Source: a virus (taxonomy: Duplodnaviria > Caudoviricetes). From it: a stretch of 64,000 bases of DNA. This document shows, piece by piece, positions 49,201 through 60,721 of the stretch. Positions within the stretch are counted from its first letter, which is position 1. Each line of letters opens with the position of its first letter. The notes under the pieces are model-generated. The model had not been told where the DNA came from. It saw nothing but the letters and a program-made list of their open reading frames with translations, and searched no databases. The position numbers and the translations under genes were made by a program. The stretch lies in IMG/VR virus record IMGVR_UViG_3300013121_000018, positions 32,001 through 96,000 of that record; one strand, given 5' to 3'.

Positions 49201-52200
49201 ATAATGCTAAAACATCCTTCTTTGGATAATCTCTGGAATCAGCTTCTTCTCTTAAAATATCAACAATCTTTTGTAACAGTTCTTTTTTCTTAGTAATATC
49301 TGTATTATCAGGACTTAATGTTTTTGCAATTTCATCATAAGATTCTTGACCAAGTTCTTCTAAAAGATTTTGAGATTGAATATCAAACAGTTTAGACATT
49401 CTGGTTTCATATTCTCTATAAAGAGCAAAACCTTTTACCTTTTTACCATTCCATTTAAAACCATCTACATTCAATAAGTTTGTAAATATAGTTTTAGATT
49501 CTTGTGTACCTCTGTTTATTTCTTCCTTTTCACCTTTAAAGGGAACTTCTTGTTGTATCTTAAAATTCCTTCTATCAAGAGTTAATGCATGTGCATCTAA
49601 AATATCAACATCATATTCCATGAAGTTACCTTCATTATTCATTACCGGAAGATTTACTTCAGGTGCTCCAACCTTATTAGCACTCTTAAAAGAAGCCCTT
49701 ACGGTTCCACCTACAATACTACCATCTTTGAATAACAACTTGCGAGATTCAAGCTTTTCCATTGCAATGCGTATCTTATCAATCTCCTTTCCTGCTGTTA
49801 AATTTGGATTTAACGCAAAAGATGAAGATTTAATATACATATCACGCATTACAGGGTGATCACCATTCTGAAAATAATCTCCAGTGTATACTGGTTTTCT
49901 AGGTTGTAAAACCCAGTCATCAAATTCTTCAGCAACAGCAGTATCCTTAACAGCTTGTTTTAATTCAGGCATATAATAATGATTTCCTTTCTTTATTTCA
50001 TCTGAAATAGTTTTAGAAATCAAATCATAAAATCCTTTAGAAACCTCACCGTTCTTATAAGCAACATAAAGTTCTTCTAGAACAGTTGTGTATTCTTGAC
50101 CATCTGTACCTTCAATAGCACCATAAACATCAGCATCTCCTGCAAATAGTTCTTTTAATTCAGCTAAAGCTTTAGAAGACATTTTAGTGTCATCTAAAAA
50201 CACTTGAGTAAATGTTTCAGAATCAGAATCTGCTAATTTTGTTCCTGGTGCAATATTTGCTGCTAAACGTTTTGTTATGTTCGTATCTGTACCGAAGTAA
50301 TTCTTTTTCCAGTATTGTGCAGGATCACCTACAAATACTTTAAAGCTTTCTGCATTTGAAATTAAGTAGTTTACTACATAATCTTGAGCAGCAGTTTTAA
50401 TTTTTTCGCCTACAAGTTTTGAAGTGTATTGTGAATCAAGTTTTTCATCGATACCAAGTTCTTTCCAATCTTCAACTTTATCTCTTACAATGAAGTTTAC
50501 AATTGATTTTAATCTTGTAGTCAATGCAGCTTCAACTTCTTCAAATATTTTTGCAGGAGTTTCTTCACCACTTGTATCAAGAAGTTCTGTTACCTTAGTT
50601 CCATTTATTTCAATTTCATTGAATTCAGGGAACATGATAAACTTATTAGCACCATCTTTGTAACCAGCAATATTGATTTGTTTACCAAATTGATTGAATT
50701 GAAAAATTCTATCAACTTCAGGTTTTACCAATAGACTGTAAAGATGTTTCCAACCATCATCATTAATATTACCTTCTTCATCAATATACTTAGAATCGTT
50801 TGTACCAAAATCTTCAGCAATTGTCTGAATAAGAATCATTTGCGATTTATCAGACAATGTAGGAAAGAATGTTTTAATAGTTCTTCCATATTTAGAAACA
50901 CCCTGCTTTGTATCCTGAAACAATGCAACTTTTACAAGTTCATGTTCAGAATCATCAAGACTTTGAATTTTTCTGTCATCTGAGTATTTCTTACCAAGTT
51001 CTTTTAATGCAGACAAAGATAAGTGGTCTATATCAAATACACTACGAAAATGTTTACCAGCTTCAGTATCAGCAGTTAATGCTTTCAGCCAAGAACTTCC
51101 TTTTGAAAATTCAGTTGCTAACAATTGTTGTAAAACAAAGTATTCCGGGTCTTTCTTATTTAAAAGATTTTCAGCATCTTGTTTTAACCAATTCAACCTA
51201 TCCGTAGTTTTTTGTTCTAGGATATAAGTATACAATTGTTTTTCACCTTCTCTAAAAGAATTAGGACGCACTTCTGTACTCGTAGCAGCTTCAATCTTTG
51301 CAAGAGTTTTACTAATTACAGAATCCGTTATAGGTGTATCTTTATTAGTTACATCATCGGTTTCATCATTTATGATATTCTCTGCAGAAGCTCTATTAAG
51401 ACCGTTTGCTATTTGTACAAGAAATGAAGGGCTATTTGCTTGAAGCTTCTTATTATCGCCTAAGTCTTTCCAAGAAACCTTTTGCTTATTATGTCTGTAT
51501 CCGTTCTTTACAAGATTACTCCAAGCCACATCATTAAAAGTAATACCAACGTTTTCCAACCAGGTTCTTACTGTTTGTGGATCAAGTTCTCCCCAAGATT
51601 TAAATTCTTCTATAAGTCCTTGAGCTTTATCTTTATCAAAAAGATATTCACCAGTAGTATTATCAACAGTATACAGACTATTGTACATTTGACGAGTCCA
51701 ATTATTAAATACAGCATCTTTAGCAGACGATGTATTTGTTTTCATTACTCGTAGTACAGTACCTTTTTTACTGTCACTATAGCCAGCATAAACCATTTTT
51801 AAAGCATGTCCAGGCATTCTGGAAACAAACTGTATAATAGTTTTAGGGTCTGCGGTTTTAAGCTTATTTACAACTTCTTGTACCCAAGGTCTATTTTGAA
51901 CTTCAGCTTCAAGTATTTCAGAAATCTTCTTCAAGTCATGAGGAGCATCTACAAGAATATCTTTCAACATGTTGTAAGCACTTTCCCAATGGATGTATTT
52001 ATCTTGACTTAAAAAGTTATACCTCTTAGAACCATCTGTATTTAAATCCAATATACCTGATAAGAACAATCTTAATTCAGTACCAATTCTAATTTTATCA
52101 TCTTTTTCAAAAGAGGCTTTATCCCAAATTTCATCAACAATATCATCGTCGTTTTCATAAGCATCTTTATCATCTCTAAATTTAGAAAGTTTTTCAAACC

Positions 52201-55200
52201 TCTTTTTAGAAATTTTACCAATCTTACTCCAATTTTCAGATACTATTTTTAGATTATTAAGGTGTTGCTCAATTCTGTCAAGTTCATCTGCATATTCAGG
52301 ATCATTTTTTAAATCCTCAAATGTATCAATTTCATCACGAATATCATTATGAATAGAATCTAGTATTTGTAAAGGAGTTCCTTTTCCTGATTCTAAACCT
52401 TGAGCAAATTTATTTATAATAAAATAAACAGTGTCATTGACTTTATCAGCAGTTAATCCTTCAATATAATCTGGATCATTTGCTTCACGTTGAGCAGTCT
52501 GAATTTGTACATCTTCTTCTGGTAATACTTTAGGAGACAACCTTGTACCGTCATTTAAAAAATAACTATACTTAACTTGACCTGCACTAGAATACTTTGA
52601 AGTTTCTCTTGGAGTATATATTTGTTTTGCTAATCTGTCATATTTTATAAACTTTAATTCATTAGCGTTATTTACAGGAATAATCGGAACCTGTAAAAAG
52701 TTTGCCAAGTTTATTAACTTTTGTATATCAAACTTTTTCTTAGACGATGTATTTAAATAAATAGCTTTTATAGAACCTGGATAAGCTGTAATAAAAACCT
52801 CTTCATACTTTGCATTAAGGTTTTGCTCATATTTATCATCTATAACTCTATTTTTAAATTTACCTACTATTCGATTTTTTTCAGAATCTAAAGTTGAACC
52901 GACATCTTGGTTAAATGCAACATCTATTCTATGCTGTTCATGGAAAGATAACCAAAATGTTCCATCTAACATATTTTTACTTCTGCCAGTAAAAGCAGCT
53001 AATTGTAAAGTATTTCCTCTTTTAAAGAGTTCTATAAAATTATCAATAGCTTTATCAACAGTAGAAATGTTAGCATTATTCATGTAAGCACCTACACCAT
53101 GAAATACTCCATCAAAATCTTTAACACTAAAAGATTTTGCTTTTGTAAAAACATCTTTTCTTTTATAATTTGTATTTACAATTCCACCATAAACCAAAAT
53201 ATTAGCAACATCCTGTAAAGTTAAAGATTTTGGTAATTTTAAATAATCTAATGCAAGTTGATTGTGATAAACAAGTTTTTCTTTAAAAGAGTTATTTTCT
53301 TTTATTAAAACCGTTTCTATCAAACCTAGCATCTTTTTTATAAATCTTATTAAAGAATTTATAAAACTAGGAGTAGCCGTATTTAATTTTCCAGAAGAAT
53401 ATCTAGCTATAGTTTCAACAATAGCTTCTTCCATCTGTTCTTCCGCAGAAAGATTTTTATATTTTTCTTTTACATCTTTTAATATTTCACGTCCTTCTTT
53501 TGTACCATTTATTTGAGATTTTAAATCTGAATACGCAGATGAATTATTGTTTTTTAATGTTTCTATTAAAGGATGTGCAAATTCATGGAAGACTGATGTA
53601 GAATTTAAATATCTCTTATTTAAATATACAACACCATTTTCAAACTTACCTGACCATTTTCCGCTATCAAATACAAATTCAACATGAATAGAAAATCTAT
53701 CACTTAACCCTTTTGCTAGTTTTTCAATATTCCAAGTATCTGTTTGATTTTCTAAAAACAAAGACAGTCTCGTATCAGCCTGTTTAAGACGATTTAAGGC
53801 AGCCTTTTTCTTAGTGACATCTTGTACCTTAGTTTCTGTTTTAAATGTTTCTACAGGCTTAAGCTCATCTTTAAATATTACCTTACTGCCATCACTGGGA
53901 TTTTCTAAACTTTTTACAATAGAAATATTAGCTTCGCTTCCAGATAACAAACCAAAATTACCCTGATCATCTATAATATTCGCAACAGGAGATAAGGTAT
54001 CTGTAGTACCATCTATAAAAGTTACAATAGTAAATTGATTTTTTCTAAACTTTTTAAATTTACTAATTGCTTCTTTTAAATCAGTAGGAGCAGCCCCCTT
54101 ATTTACCTCCAGACTGCTCTCTGAAACTGATACATCTTTCATAGAAATATTGATATAAGGCTGAACAGTATAAGCATACTTTCCATTTCCTACATCAATA
54201 CCTTCAATATTAGTATGAACTAATTCTTTTACAAAGTCTTTATATTTCCAAGTATCATCGCCAAGTTTAATATCCTTATTGGATTCCATATGCTTTGCAG
54301 AAGTTGCTGTATAAGATTCAGCAAGAACTTCATTCAATATACCTAAGATAAGTTTTTTAGCATCTTCACCAACTTGCATATCATTTGATAAACGAATATA
54401 GTTTACTTTACTTGCAACAGGTTTTCCATCTGTTCTGGATATAATTAAAGCACCTTCTTTTGGAATAATATTATACTGATAACTAACTTTAGTGTACTTG
54501 TTTTTATTTCCACCATCGCCTCTCCAATTAATAAATTGACGAATATGGTCTGTCAATACATTTATATTTCTATCCTTTTCAGGAAGAGAAATAAATCTTT
54601 CTACAGTACGAGTAATATTATCAACAATTCTTTGTCCAACGGGAGTTTCACTTAATTTCTTATGCCATACTGGTACAGCTACATGTTCGTTACCACGTAC
54701 TTGAAGAATAGAATATGTTTGACCAATGTGATTCTCAGAAGCTATTTTAGGTGCATTTATTACTTTTCCATCTTTAAACAATGGATGTAATTCATTACCA
54801 TCAAATAGTCTACCTTCAGAACCTACATAAGCAATTGATGCTGTTGGTTGATACTTTGCAACACTTGCTTGTGGCTTCTTACCACGAGAAGTATTAAATT
54901 GACCATAACCTTTAAACTCAATAGTAGTTTCAACTTTACCGGTTTCAAATACTTGTTGTCTAAAGTTATTAAGAATATCAAGTTGTTCCTGTGCTTCAGC
55001 AGGACTGATAGGAACTTCTCTACTCCAAGTTTTATTGGAATTAGTATACTTTACTTTATCAGATACTTCATAATGACTTTCATTAGTCAATCCACCAATG
55101 AGAACATCACCATCAACAGTTCTAACTTCCATATACTTAGTTTGATATGGACGTTTTTCATCATCGATTCTAGAAGCTTCATCTGGATGTGGTGCAAGTT

Positions 55201-57724
55201 GTACATAAATTTTTGTTCCAGGTAAAAGATTATCTGGATTGATATTATATGTATAATCTACTTTATCAGTACCATCAGTAATTTCATCTGCAGTCCTTGT
55301 ATAAGGAATATTTAAGAACATCAACCTTGATGCATCCTGAAACGGATTCTTAGAAGAATCATCATCTGCAGATTGTTCTGTAATAGACTTCTCTGTAAAT
55401 TCATCAGTTGCATCTGGATTAATTACTTTTGCAATTTCAGCTTGCTTTGCAGCAGCTTCTTGCATTTGTTGTTCTACAGGGATAGGTTCCCCAAAAACAT
55501 CATCGAGATTCGTTACTTCTCCGGATTCTTTTGCCTGTTTCTTTAGACCGGCCATGAAATCACTTTCATCAAATCCAAACAATTCATTAACAGCTACAGG
55601 TTTTTCAATTTCCTGTTCTGCAACTTCAGCTTTACTTTGTACTTGAGTTTGCTTTACAGCTTGTTGTGCATTCTGCTTTACAGGCTGTGTAACTTCTTCA
55701 GGAAGGTCTGCTTCTTGAATAGCATTTTCAATTTCTTCTTTGTACTTAGAATCTTTCTTAGGATTCTTATTTTCAATTTCATTGACCTTTTCGGCAAACT
55801 CTGTTTGTTTAGAAAGCTTTTGTTGAAATTCATCAGATGTGATTTCATCATACTCATTCTTTAAGTCTTCAATACTTTGTGCTAAAGAATCTGTTTTATC
55901 TTTGATGTCTTTAGCATCACGATATTCTTTTGTATTTCTTAAATAATTTGCTGTCTTGTTATAAGTAGCCGCAGCTTTTCCTTCATTTGGATTATTTCCA
56001 GAAAGAATATCTTCTGCATTATAAGAAAGAATCTTTTCTCTAGTAAGAGTATTATTTGTACCAGCTTCTTGAATAGTTTCTGATGCACCTGACCTAGTTG
56101 TATACTTTCCTGCTTTTATACCAGATTCAATTCTACTAGACAACTTAGAAGTTGCACCATTTAATTTATCTTGGTATTCGTTTAAAAGCTTTTCTTGTAA
56201 AAGAATATTTGCCGCAGTAGTATAAACTTGAGAAGAATTTTGATAATTACTTGCTTCAATAAATTGACTTTCAAGTTCTTTAATTGTACTTACAGCTTCT
56301 GCTGCTTTCTGCTTTGCAAATTGCGGATCAAGACCTTGAGCTTCATATTGTTCATCTGTAAAGCTTCCAAGCTTCTGATAAACATCTAATAGGTTTTCGG
56401 TTGTACCAGATTCAAATGCTCTTTGTGCTTGGTATATTAACAGATTATCTGTGGCCTTTTGAAAAGCTTCTTTATTACCAGTAGCAGCTACAGCATTAAC
56501 ATTTGCTAAAAGATTTTGTTGTTCTTCTGCAGATGTAAATGCATCAGTCAATCCTTTAAAACCAGAAACATTTGCAATTGTATTTTGTTGTGCAATTACT
56601 TTCTGTTGTTCATCGTACCTTTGATTATTCAGGAAATTTGATGAAACAAGTTTTCCTTCATCTGTACGATGTGCAGGAATGCTTTTTGAAAAATGTGTCA
56701 ATGCTGTTTGACCAGCACCACCAACAAAACCAAGCAATGCATTTTCAGCACCTTGTTTTGTAAGTACATCTGACAAAGCTTCAGACCATCCATACTTTTT
56801 ACCAGCAGCTTCAGCCCTTGCTTTATTTTCAGCAATCATGTTTACAGTCTCCTCACCCATTTCTTGAAAACCTTCCTTACCCATTTCACCAAGGGCACGT
56901 TTACCCGTAGATTTTGTAAGAAGTTGTCTTGTAAGAGTTGGAGGACGAACAAATGCTTTAGCACTTGTAATATTCAATAGAATATTAATTCTATTCAAAT
57001 CTATAGATGTAGATGCTGCAGTTGCAGCAGCCATCTTAGCAGCTTCTGGAGAAAGTCCTTCTTGCAACTTTTCATTATAAACATCGTTATAAACATTTGT
57101 TGCAATACCAATAGATTCTGCTTGATTAAGTGCTGCAGAGTTTGCCAACCATTTTGCACCTTCAACTGCTTTAGTAGTATTGTTAAGTGAATTAAGCCAT
57201 TTAACACTATTTGCAGCCTTTCCAAGCATACCTATTCCAGCACCAGTCAAATAACCAGTAGCAACAAATGATGTTGCTGATTCAACTAAGGAAGAACCAT
57301 TATCCCACCACCAAGCAGGATCACCTATGTCTAAAGGTTTTCCTGGTTCCGCCCTATAAATTGGAGCAGATTCTTTGATGTCAGTCTTAATAGACTCCAT
57401 AGCATTTGTCAACCAGTTTCCTACTTCATCATCTTGATTCATGTAATCCTCAAAATCAAGAGCACTGGCAACATTTCCTATAATACTAAACGGAATTTGA
57501 AACAATCTTTTTGAAGCTTGGATACCCATATCCAATCCTGTCTGATTAGAGTTGCGTATCTTTTGCTGCAAATCAGCGGCAGACCGTCCCAGTCCTGTAT
57601 CATAGGTGTTGACTTCTTCTCCACCCGGAGGCGTATAAAACCTATTACTTTGCATCAGGTAATCAGAAGGCACTACTGCTTGTTCTTTACCTTCAATAAG
57701 ATCTATTATTCTCGATTTAGCCAT
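43286..57724 (-). CDS. giant virion RNA polymerase polyprotein, two exons (57724-48692, 47752-43286; ~4,499 aa spliced)
   Basis: Splicing restores FRIPT...QMGSD|FDIDKLY, the two-barrel RNAP catalytic DFDID; start MAKSRII coupled to the upstream TAA; HEFAH and HEFLH zincin motifs. Confidence 0.9.
47742..48515 (-). CDS. intron-encoded LAGLIDADG homing endonuclease
   Basis: LIAMAIGDGTI and LAIWYMDDG motifs, CMKYKI; ORF reads through the intron 3' core into exon 2. Confidence 0.9.
   Translation of the reverse strand: MNKSQRNLLIAMAIGDGTISNNYVFKMAHGQNQLDYLKYKVDLLNKYHIKNSGIKTYIQSKGYAVGTTVYYTQLSIKPFIKLLRRILYIPQKRFVNIKLLKRLDAQGLAIWYMDDGHLNMRYTKDKQRIIGFYIKISTCFRTKEEAEIVINYFKDYWDINFYTFMEKGKFYSLCCGTQEGKKFIEIIKDYIPDCMKYKIHFDKQHSTSKWMEMGSTLPELDNQVDEGNDIVCSAQKCVAGFNSADDITNHREHKVRY
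47753..48691 (-). mobile_element. group I intron in the RNAP catalytic motif
   Basis: P1 cggat/gtccg; P aattcggtgaa, Q aataccgagc, R gtgtaacgacta, S gatatagtctg; terminal G. Confidence 0.92.
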
Positions 57725-59772
57725 TATTTTATTTTTGTATTTCTTGTTACGTTGTCTACATCTTGTGCAGTCCAAACACGTTTAGTGCCGTCTGGATTGT
57801 AAAGAACATTACCATCATCATCCAATATATTAACAGGTTGATTTGTTAATGGATTAATAAGAGCAACATCTTTCATTACAAATGAATTCTCGTAAGGATT
57901 CTTATTTAAATTACTCCACTGTTCCCAAGCAGCCAAAGCATCTTTTTGAGAAGCTTGTCCTTTTGTTACAGCATCTTGTATTTTCCTATAATTTTCGTAT
58001 GCTAGGTCTTTTGCATAAACATCTTTAGAAACTACCTTAATACCAGCAGGAAACTGTTCTCTTAAAACAGGATTGACTGGTTGAAATGTAACATCAGGTG
58101 TAGCATCATTAAGTTTTGCTTGATTGATTCTATATGAATCACTATTCAAAGTTTCTTCTTGTAAGCTTTTAGGGCCAACCACAAAAGTCCAAGCTTTTCC
58201 GTTTTCATCAACATAAGATGCTTTTTGTCCAGAAGGCATTACACCATTAGGTACATCCATTTCTTCTGTAATAGAACCATTTTCAATAAGACGTTTAAGT
58301 TTTCCTTCGTTAAAAGTACCATCAGTATTTACTATTCCCATTTGTTTACCTAATTCTATACCAGTCATTGTTCCAACTTCTCCAGGCATTATAGTTGTAA
58401 CTGTCATATCATTTGTAAACATTGAACCTGCTGTAGCACCTTCTTTACCTTTAGTTACACCGAACAATGCTGAAGTCCACATATCTCTTTCTTTTTCATC
58501 ATACAGTTTTACAATAGCATCTGTATTAGAAAGAGCCTGTCTTTTTTCATTATATTTTTGTTGCATGAAAGCGTATGCTTGTTCATTTGACATTTTAGAT
58601 AAATTAGATGCAAATTCATCTGCAATACCTTTAATTTGTGGAGGAGCATTTTCCAACCAAGTTTTAAATGGAACATTTGTATATTCCCTTACTTTTTTAG
58701 GAGTTCCTATAAATTCATTTCCACCAACAGTTCTTGCATCAGAATAGTCTACTCTTTCTACATAAGGTCTTCCTTGTTCATCTAAACCAGAAGCTATATC
58801 GCTCCACTCAGGCATACCAGAATTTGAATTAAATATCTGTGTTCTTAGATAAACATCATTCATTGTAAGTTTATCTTTTTCTTCCTTAGTACGAAGTCTT
58901 GATTTAAGTTCCTCCATTTCGGCCTCATGAGTTACCTGATTATAGTCATAACTAGATTTAGAATATGCTTTACCAGTAGCTGCTGCATCAAGCATTTTAT
59001 TTATTCCAGCAATGGCATCTGTACCAGTAGCTTCTCCATAAACAACAGCACTTGTTAGCATTTCAGGGGAAATTTGACCAACTAAAGCATCAAGAACTTT
59101 TTTCTTGTCAATATGTTCTACTTTACCTGTTCTAAAAAAACTTTTTAATGATACACCAGAAGGAATAAGACCAGGTTGAATTGAAAATTGGTCTGCTTCA
59201 ATATTATCAAGAATAGTATCAATATGCTTAGTCCACTTTTCAGGACTGAAGTATTGATACATATTAGGTTGATTTACTGAACCATAACCGGTATCTGTCT
59301 TATATGGTTGAATATCAATATTTTTCTTATAGTATTTATACAACTCTGGTGCATACTGATCTGATTTAGGATCGAGATATGTTTCTTGTAATCGTTTATC
59401 AATTTCAGTATACTTCTGCAACCGCTGTTGAAACATATCTGCTGCACCACCAGGTTGAAAATCCATTTTTCTTTTAGCAGTTACTTCACGTAAGAGTTGA
59501 TTACCTTTAGTAATATCTCCAGAAGCAAAAGCATCTGTTACATTTTTAATATCAGCCTGAACTGTTTTATTATAAGTTTCAACATCAGGTCTGTCTTGTT
59601 CCATGTGTTTAGGAATCAAAGCACTTAAAGCAGGAATTGTATCATAAGTTTCTTGTTGCTTATCAAGTGTCTTCAACCATTCATCATACTTTGGCTCCCA
59701 AATTTGTATATTCGGATTAACCCATGAATAATCTTTATTCACAGGTTTCATAAATCTATTTATTGCTGCCAT
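57724..59772 (-). CDS. internal virion / cargo protein
   Basis: 682 aa in the structural arm directly upstream of the RNAP. Confidence 0.65.
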   Translation of the reverse strand: MAAINRFMKPVNKDYSWVNPNIQIWEPKYDEWLKTLDKQQETYDTIPALSALIPKHMEQDRPDVETYNKTVQADIKNVTDAFASGDITKGNQLLREVTAKRKMDFQPGGAADMFQQRLQKYTEIDKRLQETYLDPKSDQYAPELYKYYKKNIDIQPYKTDTGYGSVNQPNMYQYFSPEKWTKHIDTILDNIEADQFSIQPGLIPSGVSLKSFFRTGKVEHIDKKKVLDALVGQISPEMLTSAVVYGEATGTDAIAGINKMLDAAATGKAYSKSSYDYNQVTHEAEMEELKSRLRTKEEKDKLTMNDVYLRTQIFNSNSGMPEWSDIASGLDEQGRPYVERVDYSDARTVGGNEFIGTPKKVREYTNVPFKTWLENAPPQIKGIADEFASNLSKMSNEQAYAFMQQKYNEKRQALSNTDAIVKLYDEKERDMWTSALFGVTKGKEGATAGSMFTNDMTVTTIMPGEVGTMTGIELGKQMGIVNTDGTFNEGKLKRLIENGSITEEMDVPNGVMPSGQKASYVDENGKAWTFVVGPKSLQEETLNSDSYRINQAKLNDATPDVTFQPVNPVLREQFPAGIKVVSKDVYAKDLAYENYRKIQDAVTKGQASQKDALAAWEQWSNLNKNPYENSFVMKDVALINPLTNQPVNILDDDGNVLYNPDGTKRVWTAQDVDNVTRNTKIK

Positions 59773-59773
59773 A

Positions 59774-60721
59774 TTACTTTGTATTATTTAATGTATTAAT
59801 TACAAGGTCAACATCATCGATAACACATTCATGGCGACCTTCAAACTCTTTTAACGGCATGTATTTGTATGGTTTTAATATTTTTAGTAATTTGTGTTCT
59901 AAGTCCCAAATATATTTAGGTGAACCTATTGTTACATCAATAATTTCCAAAGTGTATCCTTGTTTTGAACTAAACCTTTGCATAACATTTTTCTTTGAAG
60001 TAATTCCTATTTTAATAAAAGATTCTATTGAATCTTTAAATCTTATAATATATAATTTTGGAATTTTATTTTCACATCTTTTTTCCCAATTTGAATATGT
60101 CCAACCTACATTATACTTTCCACATTCAGGACATCCTTTTCCCGCTAAATGAGCACCTGGTGTTTGGTTAAACATGCCATGTTCGGGGCATGTTATAATT
60201 ACTTTAGTTTTATTATTAATATAATTTACAATATCGTAATTATATCGATTAGTATGTATCTTTTTAGCAGCATCTATAAAATAATTTGTATCTTTTCTAT
60301 GATTTAAACCATTTACTATACTTCCACAAATGGCACAGCCACTACCCGCCAAATGACTTGCTGCAGTAATAGAGAATTGTCCATGTTGAGGACAAATAAC
60401 ATTAATAAAATTAACACAACCTGTATATTCAACTAAAGAATAATCATATTTGTTTTCATGTTTTAACACCAATTCTTGAATAAATTCTTCAGTAGTTCTT
60501 TTTAATCTTCCTTTTAATAAATTTGCTGTGTTTAAGGTAGAACATAGAGGACACCCTGCTCCATTTAAATGGTTATAATATCTTTGCTTAAATATACCGT
60601 GCTCTTTACAAATAATATTTATATCATTAGTAGAACCTGTATAAGTTACTAAAGAATAATCATATTTATTTCCGTGAATTTCTATAGCAGAATCAATAAT
60701 GTTTTCTGTAGTTCTCTTCAT
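59774..60721 (-). CDS. free-standing putative homing endonuclease (three HG.KYDYS..C..HG.F..GCP.C repeats + GIY-YIG-like C-terminus)
   Basis: Repeated Zn-ribbon units; LYIIRF..FIKIGIT..RF..LE..G.HEC. Confidence 0.8.
   Translation of the reverse strand: MKRTTENIIDSAIEIHGNKYDYSLVTYTGSTNDINIICKEHGIFKQRYYNHLNGAGCPLCSTLNTANLLKGRLKRTTEEFIQELVLKHENKYDYSLVEYTGCVNFINVICPQHGQFSITAASHLAGSGCAICGSIVNGLNHRKDTNYFIDAAKKIHTNRYNYDIVNYINNKTKVIITCPEHGMFNQTPGAHLAGKGCPECGKYNVGWTYSNWEKRCENKIPKLYIIRFKDSIESFIKIGITSKKNVMQRFSSKQGYTLEIIDVTIGSPKYIWDLEHKLLKILKPYKYMPLKEFEGRHECVIDDVDLVINTLNNTK

Noticed and set aside
43286-57724. Inteins in the RNAP, PolB or helicase
   Set aside because: No convincing intein N-terminal block or His-Asn|Cys/Ser/Thr junction was identified by eye.
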